Numbered from the whole stretch's first letter, positions 7,826-19,956 are shown. The stretch is DNA of 63,158 nt, filler included, from Bdellovibrionota bacterium (GCA_963169515.1; 6 parts of 6 records of this genome joined end to end with filler, not necessarily neighbours in it); one strand, 5' to 3'. Translations and numbers: made by a program. Notes: generated by a model from the letters alone, not told the origin.

Positions 7826-10513
7826 ATGGTCTCAAAGAATCTCGATTCATTTAAATCCAGAAAAACACTTAAGGTAGATGACAAGGAATATACGATATTT
7901 TCGCTCAAGGCTCTTGATCAACTGGGCCATGACACTTCGAAATTGCCAAATTCGATGAAGGTCTTGCTAGAAAATCTACTTCGTCATGAAGATGGCAAGG
8001 TCGTTACAAAAGAAGATATTCTGGCGCTTTTAGATTGGACAAAGACTCGTAAATCAAATCGTGAAATTTCGTTTCATGTCGCACGTGTGCTGATGCAGGA
8101 CTTTACCGGTGTCCCGGCGATTGTGGATCTCGCCGCCATGAGAGAGGCAATAAAAAAAATCGGTGGTGATACAAAAAAAATTAATCCACTTGTACAGGTG
8201 GACCTTGTTATTGATCACTCGGTTTCTGTGGATTCATATGGGACAGAAAAATCTTTCAAAGAAAATGTTCAGTTGGAATTTGAGCGAAACAACGAACGTT
8301 ACGTTTTTTTAAAATGGGGCCAGAGCGCCTTTCAGAATTTCAAAGTGGTTCCTCCGGGAACGGGCATTTGCCACCAAGTGAATTGCGAGTATCTTGCAAA
8401 AACAGTATTCACATACAACGCTGGCGATATTACGTACGCCTTTCCAGACACCGTCGTTGGAACTGATTCGCATACTACTATGGTGAATGGGCTTTCCGTA
8501 CTCGGTTGGGGCGTTGGCGGCATTGAAGCGGAAGCTGCAATGTTAGGACAGGCAAACAGTATGCTGATTCCGGAAGTAGTGGGGTTTAAGCTCACAGGAA
8601 AATTAAAAGAGGGTGCAACAGCAACGGATCTCGTTTTGACTTGCACACAAATGTTAAGAAAATTGGGCGTTGTAAATAAATTTGTAGAATATTTCGGGCC
8701 GGGCTTAGACAGTCTGTCGCTCGCTGACCGCTTGACTGTCGCCAATATGGCTCCTGAATATGGCGCAACCTGTGGTTTCTTCCCAATTGACGACAAAACA
8801 ATTTCTTACATGGGGCTCTCTGGTCGATCTGAACATCAAATAAAATTGATCGAAGCATACGCTAAGGAGCAGGGCCTATGGGCCAACGGTGAAGAGATGG
8901 TCTTTACCACGACAACTGAACTTGATTTGGGAACAGTGGAAGCATCCCTAGCGGGCCCAAAACGTCCTCAAGACCGAGTCACTTTGAAAAATGCGGCTCA
9001 GGAATTTAAAAAGCATTTAACAGACTCGTTTGCGGTTGCCCCTGAGATGGTAACAAAGTCTTCCAGCGCCGTAACAATTGAAAACTCAAGTGATACGCTT
9101 GGCAATGGCGATGTTGTAATTGCGGCAATCACAAGCTGCACAAACACTTCGAATCCAAGTGTTATGATTGGCGCAGCAATCCTTGCAAAAAAAGCATACG
9201 AAAAAGGCCTAAGGGTAAAACCCTGGGTAAAAACTTCGTTTGCCCCAGGCTCACAGGTCGTAACTGACTATTTGGTCAAGGCAGGCTTGCAAAAATATTT
9301 GGATTATATGGGGTTTAATCTTGTCGGATATGGTTGTACGACGTGCATCGGAAACTCTGGACCACTTTTGCCAGATATTTCGCGTGCGGTCGACAAGGGA
9401 AATCTTGTCGTGGCGGCGGTTTTGTCTGGCAACCGAAACTTTGAAGGTCGCATAAACCCCCAAACGAAAGCGAACTATTTAGCTTCCCCCCCTCTATGTG
9501 TGGCTTACGCAATTGCTGGAAGTATGTCTATTGATCTTTTAAATGACCCAGTTGGGACAGGCAAAGACGGAAAGGCTGTATTTTTGAAAGATATTTGGCC
9601 ATCAAACAAAGAAATTGAAACTGTGATAAATGAGGCCATTTCTGATAAACTATTTAACGCCCGCTATGAAAATGTTTTCCTGGGACCTGAAGAGTGGCAA
9701 AAAATTCCTATGAAAAAATCAGAGACCTACGCCTGGGATACAAGTTCGACCTATATCCAACACCCACCTTATTTTGAGGGGATGTCCAAGAAGCCGGCAG
9801 AGGTTCACGACATAACGGGGGCCGTACCACTTGCCATCCTGGGTGACAGTATTACAACTGATCACATTTCTCCGGCAGGAAATATCAAAAAAGATTCGCC
9901 TGCGGGCAGGTATTTAATGTCTCACAAAATAGAGAACAAAGATTTTAATTCTTACGGCGCTCGCCGTGGCAACCACGAAGTCATGGTACGCGGAACATTT
10001 GCAAACATTCGTATTAAAAATGAAATGGCACCAGGTACAGAAGGTGGGGTGACAAAGCACATCCCAACGGGCGAAATTATGCCGATCTATGATGCTTCAA
10101 TGAAGTACCAGAAAGAAAATACACCCTTGGTCATTATCGCAGGCAAAGAATACGGTACTGGATCTTCACGAGATTGGGCTGCGAAAGGCGCCTTATTGCT
10201 TGGCATAAAGGCCGTAATCACGGAAAGCTTTGAAAGAATCCACCGATCGAATCTGATTGGAATGGGGGTCCTGCCACTGCAATTTGTAGGAGCTGATCGA
10301 AAATCTTTAAAACTAGACGGAACTGAAACATTCGACGTAATCGGTATAAAAACAATGAAGCCACAGCAAAACTTAGATGTGATAATTCATCGCAAGAATG
10401 GGACCACCGAAACAATTCAAGTTCAATCAAGAATCGATACTGAAACAGAATTAGAATATTTTAGACACGGTGGAATTTTGCAGTTTGTGTTGAGGCAGCT
10501 CGCGAACCGATAA
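7826..10513 (+). CDS. acnA: Aconitate hydratase A
   Basis: RVLMQDFTGVP, DSHTTM, AITSCTNTSNP, GCTTCIGNSG, GSSRDWAAKG; SD AGGAG before ATG 7826. Confidence 0.97.
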   Translation: MVSKNLDSFKSRKTLKVDDKEYTIFSLKALDQLGHDTSKLPNSMKVLLENLLRHEDGKVVTKEDILALLDWTKTRKSNREISFHVARVLMQDFTGVPAIVDLAAMREAIKKIGGDTKKINPLVQVDLVIDHSVSVDSYGTEKSFKENVQLEFERNNERYVFLKWGQSAFQNFKVVPPGTGICHQVNCEYLAKTVFTYNAGDITYAFPDTVVGTDSHTTMVNGLSVLGWGVGGIEAEAAMLGQANSMLIPEVVGFKLTGKLKEGATATDLVLTCTQMLRKLGVVNKFVEYFGPGLDSLSLADRLTVANMAPEYGATCGFFPIDDKTISYMGLSGRSEHQIKLIEAYAKEQGLWANGEEMVFTTTTELDLGTVEASLAGPKRPQDRVTLKNAAQEFKKHLTDSFAVAPEMVTKSSSAVTIENSSDTLGNGDVVIAAITSCTNTSNPSVMIGAAILAKKAYEKGLRVKPWVKTSFAPGSQVVTDYLVKAGLQKYLDYMGFNLVGYGCTTCIGNSGPLLPDISRAVDKGNLVVAAVLSGNRNFEGRINPQTKANYLASPPLCVAYAIAGSMSIDLLNDPVGTGKDGKAVFLKDIWPSNKEIETVINEAISDKLFNARYENVFLGPEEWQKIPMKKSETYAWDTSSTYIQHPPYFEGMSKKPAEVHDITGAVPLAILGDSITTDHISPAGNIKKDSPAGRYLMSHKIENKDFNSYGARRGNHEVMVRGTFANIRIKNEMAPGTEGGVTKHIPTGEIMPIYDASMKYQKENTPLVIIAGKEYGTGSSRDWAAKGALLLGIKAVITESFERIHRSNLIGMGVLPLQFVGADRKSLKLDGTETFDVIGIKTMKPQQNLDVIIHRKNGTTETIQVQSRIDTETELEYFRHGGILQFVLRQLANR

Positions 10514-10526
10514 TGAACCAGTATCT

Positions 10527-11939
10527 TTACATCTGACGTGCGAGCTTGTGGACATTTAGGGCGGCTTCGCGCATGACCTCGCTTAATGTTGGATGTGCAT
10601 GGAAAGCGCGCGCAATATCTTCGGAAGAAGCCCCAAATTCCATTGCCATTACAGCCTCAGAAATCATATCTGATGCCCTTGGCCCTAAGATATGAACACC
10701 CAATACTCGATCTGATTTTTTATCGGCGACGATCTTGACTAAACCGTCTGTGCTTGCCATTGCCTTAGCACGACCATTCGGGGTAAAAGGAAATGTCCCG
10801 ACGTTCACTTCGATTCCTTTTTCTTTAACTTCATCTTCGGTCATACCAACACTCGCCACTTCTGGCCATGTGTAGATAATCGATGGCACTGTTTCATAGT
10901 TTACATGGCCATACCCATTTGCGATGAATTCAGAAACGCACACTCCCTCTTCTTCAGCTTTATGAGCAAGCATCGGCCCCCGAATAACGTCACCAATAGC
11001 GAAGATGTTTGAAACCTTTGTTTGTAAATGCTCGTTTACACGAATACGCCCACGCTCATCAGTTTCAATTCCGACGCTTTCAGCACCTAATTTGTCGGCA
11101 TAAGCACGTCGGCCGACAGCAACCAAAACTTTATCGCATTGGATTTCTTTTTTTGAACCATCTTTGAGAACTTCAAAGTTAACAGTGATATCGCCATCTT
11201 TTTTAATACTGGCTCCCGTGACCTTTGAACCTAGTTCAAACTTCATTCCTTGTTTGCCAAGAACGCGCAAAAGCATTTTTGAAATCTGAGTGTCCACGGT
11301 TGATGCAATCATATCTGCGAATTCAATCACAGTTACTTGTGCCCCCATACGCATCCAAACCGAACCCATTTCAAGTCCTATGGCTCCCCCGCCAATCACA
11401 ACCATATGTTTCGGAACCTTTTCAAAGGTCAAGGCCTCTGTCGATGAAACAATATTCTTATTGTCGTACTTCATAAATGGCAATTCAATAGGGGCAGAGC
11501 CCGTGGCAATTACTATGTATTTTGTAGTTAAGATTTCTTTGGTCTTATCAGGCGCAGTAACTTCAACTGTATTTGCCGAAGTGATTTTGCCAAAGCCATT
11601 GGCCCATCGAATTTTGTTTTTATCAAATAAAAACTTAATTCCACTCGTTAAATCTTTTACGATTTTGTCCTTACGGGCCATCATGGTTTTAATATCCAGC
11701 TCAACCCCAGACACCTTAATCCCATGGATGGAAAGATCGTGTTTTGCTGCAGAAAAATGTTCAGAAGAATCCAACAATGCCTTTGAAGGAATGCAGCCGA
11801 CATTCAAGCATGTCCCACCCAAGGTAGGATCTTTTTCCACAACACACGTTTTTAACCCCAATTGCGCTGCGCGGATGGCCCCAACGTAACCGCCAGGACC
11901 ACCACCGATGATGACGACGTCAAAATTATTCTCTGCCAT
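10527..11939 (-). CDS. lpdA: Dihydrolipoyl dehydrogenase
   Basis: GGGPGGY, GGTCLNVGCIPSK, HAHPTLSE. Confidence 0.96.
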   Translation of the reverse strand: MAENNFDVVIIGGGPGGYVGAIRAAQLGLKTCVVEKDPTLGGTCLNVGCIPSKALLDSSEHFSAAKHDLSIHGIKVSGVELDIKTMMARKDKIVKDLTSGIKFLFDKNKIRWANGFGKITSANTVEVTAPDKTKEILTTKYIVIATGSAPIELPFMKYDNKNIVSSTEALTFEKVPKHMVVIGGGAIGLEMGSVWMRMGAQVTVIEFADMIASTVDTQISKMLLRVLGKQGMKFELGSKVTGASIKKDGDITVNFEVLKDGSKKEIQCDKVLVAVGRRAYADKLGAESVGIETDERGRIRVNEHLQTKVSNIFAIGDVIRGPMLAHKAEEEGVCVSEFIANGYGHVNYETVPSIIYTWPEVASVGMTEDEVKEKGIEVNVGTFPFTPNGRAKAMASTDGLVKIVADKKSDRVLGVHILGPRASDMISEAVMAMEFGASSEDIARAFHAHPTLSEVMREAALNVHKLARQM

Positions 11940-11947
11940 TTTAAATC

Positions 11948-13183
11948 CTAAATTTCAATTAATAACCTATGCGGATCTTCGAGGTTCTGCTTAACTGTTT
12001 TCAAAAACGTAACGGATTGCTCACCATCGATCAATCGATGATCGTAAGAAAGCGCAACATACATCATCGGACGAATTTTAATTTCGTTTCCAATGACAAC
12101 TGGTCGATTTTCCGTTCGATGCATTCCCAAAATACCACTTTGCGGCGGGTTGAGTATCGGTGTCGACATCAATGATCCATATACCCCACCGTTGCTGACG
12201 GTAAATGTTCCGCCCTGTAATTCATCCGGCTTGATTTTTCCATCACGGCCACGGACTGCAAAGTCCCGAATCACAAGTTCAATTTGTGGCAATGTTAAAA
12301 GATCTGCATCCTTAACTACTGGAACAATCAAACCACGAGGGGTTCCGACCGCTATGCCAATGTTATAAAAGCGATTGTAAATAACCTCATCCCCCTCGAT
12401 CCAACCATTCACTTCTGGGATTTTCTTCAGCGCAGCGACTGATGCTTTTACAAAAAAGCCCATCATTCCTAGGCTAATTCCATATTTTTCCTTGAAAGAA
12501 TCTTTATATGCTTCACGAATTTGATTAATTGCACTCATGTCCACATCATTAAACGTAGTTAAGATTGCTGCCGTGTTTTGTGCATGGACAAGACGCTCTG
12601 CAATCCTTTTTCGAATCGTGGTCATTTTTTTACGTTCTTGGATATATTCACCAGGATCTCGCCGTGGGGCGATCGGAAGTGGTTGTGTTGGTGTTGGTGT
12701 CGGAACAAGAGGTTTAGCTTCTGATGCTGATGTCAAAACATCAGCTTTGGTTAAGCGGCCACCCTTACCAGTTCCCTGAAGGCCCGATGGATCGATTCCT
12801 TTTTCACCCACAATATGTCGAACCGCAGGGCTAAGCACTTGTGTTCCACCATTTGGCGACGGTGTTGTTCGCGGCGCCGGGTTTCCGTTTGGCGCTGTCG
12901 GGGGAGCCACAATCGGTTGAGCTTTCGAAGCTACAGTTGCACTCGCTGCTTTCGTATTATCAATTTCGCCAACGATCGCTCCAATTTTTACAACATCACC
13001 TTCTTTAGCAATGGTTTTTAAAACACCAGCACCGTCCGCAACAACCTCAACATTAGCCTTGTCAGTTTCAATTTCCAACAGGACATCTCCGGTGTTTACA
13101 TACTCACCATCTTTTCTTTTCCAATTTGCAATTGTTGCTTCTGTAATTGACTCGCCGACTGTTGGAATTTTCACGTGTAGCAT
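11948..13183 (-). CDS. sucB: 2-oxoglutarate dehydrogenase E2 (dihydrolipoamide succinyltransferase)
   Basis: Lipoyl ETDKA, E3-binding [18 protein letters not shown]. Confidence 0.95.
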   Translation of the reverse strand: MLHVKIPTVGESITEATIANWKRKDGEYVNTGDVLLEIETDKANVEVVADGAGVLKTIAKEGDVVKIGAIVGEIDNTKAASATVASKAQPIVAPPTAPNGNPAPRTTPSPNGGTQVLSPAVRHIVGEKGIDPSGLQGTGKGGRLTKADVLTSASEAKPLVPTPTPTQPLPIAPRRDPGEYIQERKKMTTIRKRIAERLVHAQNTAAILTTFNDVDMSAINQIREAYKDSFKEKYGISLGMMGFFVKASVAALKKIPEVNGWIEGDEVIYNRFYNIGIAVGTPRGLIVPVVKDADLLTLPQIELVIRDFAVRGRDGKIKPDELQGGTFTVSNGGVYGSLMSTPILNPPQSGILGMHRTENRPVVIGNEIKIRPMMYVALSYDHRLIDGEQSVTFLKTVKQNLEDPHRLLIEI

Positions 13184-13188
13184 AAACT

Positions 13189-15918
13189 TTATCCTTTAAT
13201 GGCTTTATAACAATCTAAAGCAATCCGTGTTTGTTCTTCTTTATGTTTGTAAAGTGACCCAACGGCAGGGCTTGCACGTCGATCACGGCCAATATAAGCA
13301 ATCTCAATGTTTTTCCCCGCATCCCTAACTGCTTCTTGTAGCCAAACGCGAAGTTCTGGCCACGCCCCCATATTTTCTGGCTCTTCTTGGCACCAGACAA
13401 TCCGCTTCAGTTTAGCTGTCGATTTTAACCACTGAACAATTTGAGTTTTTGGAAATGGATAAAGTTGCTCAATGCGGTTAATTGAAAAGTTTTCCGTTTC
13501 TATTTTTTCTGCATCTCTGTAGTCGTCCAATTCGTAATATATTTTTCCGCTACAGAAAATGGCCGTCTCTACCTTTTGAGGATCTTTTACGTTTGGGTCT
13601 ATAATCAGCTCTTGAAAGGTCCCATTCGCAAGGTCTTCCAAACTTGAAACGACTTTTGGATGTCGCAACAATGACTTTGGGGTCATGATTACGAGTGGTT
13701 TTCGAAAATCGCGCTTCACTTGTCGGCGAAGAACATGAAAAATTTGCGATGGTAACGACAAATTGCAAACTTGCATATTCGTTTGTCCGCATAACTGCAA
13801 AAATCGCTCTAGGCGAGCGCTTGAATGTTCTGGCCCCTGGCCTTCGTACCCATGGGGCAACAGCATCACTAGACCATTCATACGATACCACTTGGTTTCC
13901 CCAGAAGAAATAAATTGATCGATAATAATTTGCGCGCCATTTGCAAAGTCACCGAACTGAGCTTCCCACATTGTCAAAAAGCTCGGGTCTGAAATAGAGT
14001 TCCCATACTCAAATCCTAAAACGCCCATCTCCGATAGTAATGAATCGTACACACAATATTCAACTTGACCTGGCTTGATCGTTTTTAATGGGACAAATTT
14101 TTCTCCAGTTTTCTGATCATAGAATACACTGTGCCGATGCGAAAAGGTTCCACGTCCACAATCTTGACCAGATAAACGCACCGAAGTGCCTTCAAACATC
14201 AAAGTTCCGTATGCAAGCAACTCTGCCATCCCCCAATCAATAGGGCGTTTCCCCTTAATCATTTCTTCACGTTGCTCTAGCAATTTTTTTAGTTTCGGAT
14301 TCAAATTAAAGTTTTTAGGGACAGTCGTTAATATCGTACCCGCATCGATCAGGGTTTCAATTTTTGCCCGCGTATTGGTTGGCTTTTCAAAATCCTTTGC
14401 TTCTCCACGACGAAGCCCTTTCCACTTCCCTTCGAAAGAAAACAACACTCGCTTTGGCGGATTCTTTTTAGTTTCTTCCAATATTTTTTGAAGATTGTCC
14501 ATTTTTTCGCTGAAAAGCGTATCGACATATTTTTTATCTATTAGCTTTTCAGAAATCAATCTTTGGCCATAAATTTCTGTTAATGTTGGATGTTTTTTAA
14601 TTAAATCATACATTACGGGCTGGGTAAATGCGGGCTCGTCGCCTTCATTGTGGCCATATCTTCGATAACCAATCATATTGATCACAACGTCCTGTGCAAA
14701 CTCCTGACGAAATCGGATTGCCATGCTCATTGCACGAATGCAAGCCTCAGCATCATCGGCATTCACATGGATAACTGGGGTTAGCTGCCCTTTGCTTACA
14801 TCAGATGAGTATGGGGAACTGCGAGTATCTTCCGGATCAGCAGTAAACCCCACTTGGTTATCCAAAATGATGTGAAGAGTCCCTCCCACCCGGTAACCTT
14901 CCAACTGCGACTGTTGTAAGGTTTCCATTACAACGCCCTGACCTGCAAACGCAGCGTCACCATGGATAAGAACGGGGATCACTTTTTTACGCTCTTTTGT
15001 GTCCTTGTAAAGACGCTGCTTTGCGCGAGTCATTCCGAGAACGACCGGATCAACGGCCTCAAGGTGCGAGGGATTAAACGCAAGCGATGCATGAAAGTTT
15101 CCATATTGTGTTTTTTTATCTGAAGAATATCCCAAGTGATATTTCACATCACCGTCTAAGCCGGGCACGTCATCTTTCATTTTTCCTTCGAATTCACCAA
15201 AAATTTCTGCGTACCCCTTGCCAAGATAATTGGTGAGGACATTGAGACGCCCACGGTGAGCCATTCCAATTACAAATTCTTTAACACCTAACGAAGCAGC
15301 TACGTCCGTTCCAAAAAACAACATGGGGATAAGAGCATCCGTCCCCTCCCCTGAAAATCGTTTTGCCCCCACAAAACGTGTATGCAAAAATTTTTCAAAA
15401 ACCTCTGTTTCGATCAGATGCTTTAGGGCTTCGACTTTTTGTTCTTTTGTTAAAGTATGCTTATCAAAGCCTTCTTCCATTTCGCGCAAAAACCATTCGC
15501 GGATTTTTGGTTTTGTTTCGGCAACTTGTACCGATATCGTTCCACAGTAAATTCTACGAACACGCTCAATGATTTCAGCAAGAGTCCCAGAAAAACTATT
15601 AATTTTAAATGGCTTCGCTAGATCCGCCTCAGTCAAACCATAGCGCTGAAGTGATAGCTCTTCAGACTTTGAATTGTAATTTGTAAGGGGATCCAATTGT
15701 GCTTCAAAATGACCATAATCACGAAATGCCTGAACAAGCCTAAAGACTTTTAAATCTGTTTCAGATAAGCCACTTGTTTCCCGGCCTTCGCCAAATTCAA
15801 CACCCTCAAAAAATAGTTTCCATTCAAGTGGAACCGAATCGGATTTCTTCAAATACTCTTGGTATAGATTTTCTATATAATCCGAATTTGACTGGTTTAG
15901 ATGAGTAAAATTTCCCAC
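13189..15918 (-). CDS. sucA: 2-oxoglutarate dehydrogenase E1
   Basis: [40 protein letters not shown]; probable GTG start at 15918. Confidence 0.96.
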   Translation of the reverse strand: MGNFTHLNQSNSDYIENLYQEYLKKSDSVPLEWKLFFEGVEFGEGRETSGLSETDLKVFRLVQAFRDYGHFEAQLDPLTNYNSKSEELSLQRYGLTEADLAKPFKINSFSGTLAEIIERVRRIYCGTISVQVAETKPKIREWFLREMEEGFDKHTLTKEQKVEALKHLIETEVFEKFLHTRFVGAKRFSGEGTDALIPMLFFGTDVAASLGVKEFVIGMAHRGRLNVLTNYLGKGYAEIFGEFEGKMKDDVPGLDGDVKYHLGYSSDKKTQYGNFHASLAFNPSHLEAVDPVVLGMTRAKQRLYKDTKERKKVIPVLIHGDAAFAGQGVVMETLQQSQLEGYRVGGTLHIILDNQVGFTADPEDTRSSPYSSDVSKGQLTPVIHVNADDAEACIRAMSMAIRFRQEFAQDVVINMIGYRRYGHNEGDEPAFTQPVMYDLIKKHPTLTEIYGQRLISEKLIDKKYVDTLFSEKMDNLQKILEETKKNPPKRVLFSFEGKWKGLRRGEAKDFEKPTNTRAKIETLIDAGTILTTVPKNFNLNPKLKKLLEQREEMIKGKRPIDWGMAELLAYGTLMFEGTSVRLSGQDCGRGTFSHRHSVFYDQKTGEKFVPLKTIKPGQVEYCVYDSLLSEMGVLGFEYGNSISDPSFLTMWEAQFGDFANGAQIIIDQFISSGETKWYRMNGLVMLLPHGYEGQGPEHSSARLERFLQLCGQTNMQVCNLSLPSQIFHVLRRQVKRDFRKPLVIMTPKSLLRHPKVVSSLEDLANGTFQELIIDPNVKDPQKVETAIFCSGKIYYELDDYRDAEKIETENFSINRIEQLYPFPKTQIVQWLKSTAKLKRIVWCQEEPENMGAWPELRVWLQEAVRDAGKNIEIAYIGRDRRASPAVGSLYKHKEEQTRIALDCYKAIKG

Positions 15919-16042
15919 GCTTTGATTTCCTTTTTCACTCGCATAAATGACTGATCCGCTATAGCGGATCGAATAATAAATTTTAAAAGGAAAAAGGTCG
16001 ACCCTCAACGCGAAACGGCTTAATTAGACATTGGTTTGTAGA

Positions 16043-16666
16043 CTAACGGTAATATGGATTTATACCTGTAGCATGGTCTGTAACGTCGATCACATCCTCT
16101 ACTTCAGGCAGAGCAGATTTGATCGATGCTTCAACCCCTTGCTTCAAAGTTGCTTTAGACGATGCGCAACCCTGGCAGCCGCCCTCCATTTGGATATAGG
16201 CCTTAAAATCCTTAAATCCAACCAACCGAATCTGCCCTCCATGCATTGCAACTGACGGGTTAATTTGGGAATCAAGTATTTCAATGATTTTTTGTGCCAA
16301 TGGATCGCTCAAGCCACCGTTGCCAATCACAGGCTCGGAAACCAAAGGCTTTAGATCTAATTTAGGGTTTTCCTCGACGGCCAAGGCGCCATCATCCAGC
16401 ACCATTTGGACGTGCTCTTTGATTAAACCTGCAAGCGGCTGTGCAAGCACTTCCCATTCGACCCAATCCTGCTTCACGACATCCACAAAGTCCGTTCCCA
16501 CAGTCACGCTTTGTGTCCATGGAAATCCAAAAATCTTCGTAGCCAACCGCGATCGTTTTGCGGAGTTTGTATTTTCATAGGCAACGGTTTCAGAGCTGAT
16601 GGGTAGGCCCACTTTAAAACGGCGAGCTTCCGGATTGGACAAGCTTTCAATATGGATTTGGACCAC
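16043..16666 (-). CDS. NifU/NfuA-family Fe-S cluster carrier
   Basis: N-terminal Nfu scaffold-like domain plus INPSVAMHGG, GGCQGC, DVTDHATGINPYY. Confidence 0.88.
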   Translation of the reverse strand: MVQIHIESLSNPEARRFKVGLPISSETVAYENTNSAKRSRLATKIFGFPWTQSVTVGTDFVDVVKQDWVEWEVLAQPLAGLIKEHVQMVLDDGALAVEENPKLDLKPLVSEPVIGNGGLSDPLAQKIIEILDSQINPSVAMHGGQIRLVGFKDFKAYIQMEGGCQGCASSKATLKQGVEASIKSALPEVEDVIDVTDHATGINPYYR

Positions 16667-16754
16667 TTTTTACCTCTTTAGTTCGAGCTATTTTATACAC
16701 TTTCAGCTCCGAAAGCGCAAACTCAAATAAGGCAAATTTAAACGTATTTAATGG

Positions 16755-17663
16755 CTATTTTTTAGCCTTTTTGGGCTTTTCCGCACCGGGAAGCGCGTTC
16801 TCTGATTCGTAAACACCATGAAGCGCACGCAACAGGTCATCCTGATCGATAATTCTTGAAATTGTCGATGTTGCCACAAATCCACCCTTTGAATCTTTTA
16901 AAACTGATGACGCAACCTCAACTCGCAAGGTTTCGCCGGTCTTTGTTACATACGTTGAGTATGTCTTAATGAATTTCTTTTCCTCGATAAGCTTCTCAAG
17001 GGATTTTTTGATCTCGTCATGATGGCGAAGTTCATACAAGAGATAAACAGATTTTCCTATTAAATCTCCGGGGCGATATCCAAGCGCTTGGCTCAGCTTA
17101 TTGTTGGCTACAATAATTTTTCCATTCTTATCCACCGAATGCATCATATAATCTGAGCCGTGAATAAATTTTTCGTACGTCTTAATTTTATCTTCACGGT
17201 TGTCGATTGTCGTTTTTAATTCCTCTATCTTTTTTCCCATTTCATTTAATTCATGCAACATAGATCCCGAGCGATGCTCTTCGCCCATTAGTCCGCGAAT
17301 GATGTCTTTGGGACTAATAATTCCACGAATGCGATCCCCACGGGTCACCACATGGACCCGATTGTAATGGGACTTTAATAACACCTTCACAACCTGATCT
17401 ATGGTGTCGTCCTCGTAAACTTTATCCACACTTTTGAAAACTTGCCTATAATCATTTAGTAATTTTTTTTCTGGCGTACTTTTGCTCAGAATAAAAGCTC
17501 GCAGCACACTGACCTCCGACACTTGCCCGATAATATTTCCATCGTAGGTCGTAACGGCAGCGATTGAAATGTCATTATCAAGCATCGTTTGAACCGCCTG
17601 GCCCAGTTCCATATTCACGATCAAACTAATTGGATTTGATGTCATTATATCTTTTGCTTGCAT
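16755..17663 (-). CDS. CBS-pair, coiled coil and PAS domain protein
   Basis: AKDIMT...GQVSE and GIISPKDII (CBS); MHSVDKNGKIIVANNKLSQALGY...DLIGK (PAS). Confidence 0.75.
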   Translation of the reverse strand: MQAKDIMTSNPISLIVNMELGQAVQTMLDNDISIAAVTTYDGNIIGQVSEVSVLRAFILSKSTPEKKLLNDYRQVFKSVDKVYEDDTIDQVVKVLLKSHYNRVHVVTRGDRIRGIISPKDIIRGLMGEEHRSGSMLHELNEMGKKIEELKTTIDNREDKIKTYEKFIHGSDYMMHSVDKNGKIIVANNKLSQALGYRPGDLIGKSVYLLYELRHHDEIKKSLEKLIEEKKFIKTYSTYVTKTGETLRVEVASSVLKDSKGGFVATSTISRIIDQDDLLRALHGVYESENALPGAEKPKKAKK

Positions 17664-17673
17664 TCTCTATACC

Positions 17674-17911
17674 TTACAGTGGCAGTTCACGAAGAATTTC
17701 GAAAAGCCTGTCAACGCTTTCCTTGTTATGATAAATTCCAAATCCAAAACGCAGATTGGATTCTCGCTGATCCACATACACCCCCGCGCCCTTGATTATC
17801 TCCACCAGCTGTTTTGCATATATCGTTTTAAAAGTAACAAAATGCGCTGGTGGCAATTCATTTCCAACTAACACAACATCTTCAAAGCGAAGTCTTTTGA
17901 AATCGCTTTCT
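17674..17911 (-). CDS. Class V PLP aminotransferase / kynureninase-like protein, C-terminal fragment at contig end
   Basis: GVYVDQRESNLRFGFGIYHNKESVDRL resembles class V C-termini. Confidence 0.55.
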
Positions 17912-18011
17912 NNNNNNNNNNNNNNNNNNNNNNNNNNNNNNNNNNNNNNNNNNNNTTAATTAATTAANNNNNNNNNNNNNNNNNNNNNNNNNNNNNNNNN
18001 NNNNNNNNNNN
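17912..18011. other. Artificial contig spacer
   Basis: N-run, TTAATTAATTAA (stops in all six frames), N-run; 100 nt. Confidence 0.98.
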
Positions 18012-19716
18012 GGGAACCGTTCAGATTTAAAATAACTTCTTCCCCTGAATCCAATGTTGGATAGCGCAAGACAGGATTATCAAATCTTACGTTCGGAAGA
18101 TCGCTCGAGACGGCGATCTCAATATTATGGGCAGCGGCGCCATAACTTCGAATCGGGAGTGAAAGTTTGAATTGTCCTTCGTTTTGTCCAAGATAATTGT
18201 ATGGAATTTGGGTTAAGTTTTTAAAAATTGGCCGAACTGCGGGCTTCAGTGGCTCAGTGAGGGCTTTGTCCAGCTGAACAAGGCCCCCAAGAAAATATTT
18301 TTCGTCTGAAGGAATTGGGACCGACGTTGAAAGCAGGCGGGCGTAAATTTCGTCTGAAGATATGCTTTCTTTAGCGCCTTTTAAAAGAGCTGCTATGGCG
18401 GCAACGTGTGGGGCGGCCTGGCTTGTTCCCCACTTTACATCGTAACCCGCAATTGAGAATTCTGATTTAATTTTCATTGGAATCGCGGCTAAGATTTCGT
18501 TTCCTGGAGCAAGAACATCAACATGGCCACCATAATTTGAAAAGTCAGAAACAGTTCCATTATTGTTTACAGAACCCACGCAAATGACGCCCCTATAGGC
18601 ACAAGGGTAAACGAGAGCGTTATGAGAATCATTTCCTGCTGCAGCAACTATTGTAATGTTATTTTTCATGGCAAGTTCGAACACTTTTCGAACGTCATCT
18701 GAATCTGCGCTTTCGGGCCATCCAAGGCTGATATTGATTACTTCTGCCTTTATAGCAATGGCGTAGGCCACGGCTTTTGTAATATTGCTAATGAATCCAC
18801 TTAATGTGTTCATTCGTCCTGGTTGGCTGCGATCATCACGATACACTTTAATTGGAATCAATTTTATTTTATTAGAAATTCCAGCAATTCCATTTTTATT
18901 ATTCCCTTCGGCGGCCATAATTGACCCGACGTGGGTGCCGTGACCAAAATCATCGTCTACGATATTTTTACCTTGGGGTAGGTTTTCCGGGGTTGCAAAG
19001 CTCCACCCCATGCAATCGCCGATGTAGCCGTTGTTATCTTTATCTTCTTTGGCTGCGACATTGACTGTGCCCTGGGGGGTACATTCGATCATGTTCTTGG
19101 CGAAGCTATTTTTAAGATCTGGGTGGTCCGTAGTCGATCCGCTATCTATCACGGCCACTTTTACGTCTCGTTTTACGATTGTATTCAGCTGATCCCTGAT
19201 TTTTATCCAACCGATATCGATACCATCTTTTCCGTCGAAAACCTCGGGCTTAATATCTGTGATATCATTTAAAATCTTTTGACCGTTATTGTGCACGTTC
19301 CATTGATAGTTAAAGAGTGTGTCGTTCGAAGCGGGGGTTGTTGTGGTCGATGGAATGATCGAATAATTAACAAAATAATGACTCTCCCAAAGTTTTTTAA
19401 TGACACCAGTTTTAATAAGATCTGCTTTCAGTTCCGGAAACGATTGACTATTCAAGGCGGCTTTGTCGACGCGAACTTCATATATGCGCGGGAAATAGCC
19501 TTCGCGATCTTTTAGAGGAGTAAGACGCGTTACCGATATTACAAATTTAACTTTTCGCAATAGGTTGATTTGGGTTTCTGTTGGGGGGGCCTTAAATTCT
19601 ACATTGATAATTTCGCTAAATTGGACTGGTTTTTCTAACTGTACGGGCGCCCTGTCAGCCGCAGCAATACTTAAGGTAAATACTGTAAGTGTAAGAAACA
19701 AAAGCTTTTTAGCCAT
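18012..19716 (-). CDS. Secreted S8 (subtilisin-like) serine peptidase, 3'-truncated by contig end
   Basis: Signal peptide; VAVIDSG, GHGTHVG, AAAGND, GTSQAAPHV. Confidence 0.92.
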
Positions 19717-19956
19717 CCGGCCCCCTGTGCAACCCTACAAGGGGAGAGATCCCCTTATCACAGGGCCGAAACTTACACTAACAGTTTAAAAAAAGCGACG
19801 AGTTCATTAGAAAAGCAATAATTACAAAAACCATGTGGGTCATGTAAGTGGAGGTGTACCTGAGTGGTCCGGTGCGCTGACGCTGGCCCGGATATTTATC
19901 CGAGACTCGGACAAAAGTTTCTCTAATAGATTTAATTTAATTTTCAATGGCTCACT

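Noticed and set aside
8332..15572. Many 60-200 aa ORFs antisense to or overlapping acnA, lpdA, sucB and sucA (and similar ones elsewhere)
   Set aside because: Shadow frames of well-supported genes, with no motifs or ribosome-binding sites.
6983..17911. kynA and the kynureninase-like fragment as one operon
   Set aside because: About 10 kb apart on opposite strands, and the fragment is too short to assign firmly.
17912..18011. Repeated TTAATTAATTAA inside N-runs (five copies) and ORFs ending in X...LIN
   Set aside because: Artificial six-frame-stop contig linker; ORFs running into it are truncated and neighbours across it are not linked.
19848..19920. tRNA-like start GGAGGTGTACCTGAGTGGTC
   Set aside because: No T-arm (GTTCRA), no matching acceptor stem and no cloverleaf.
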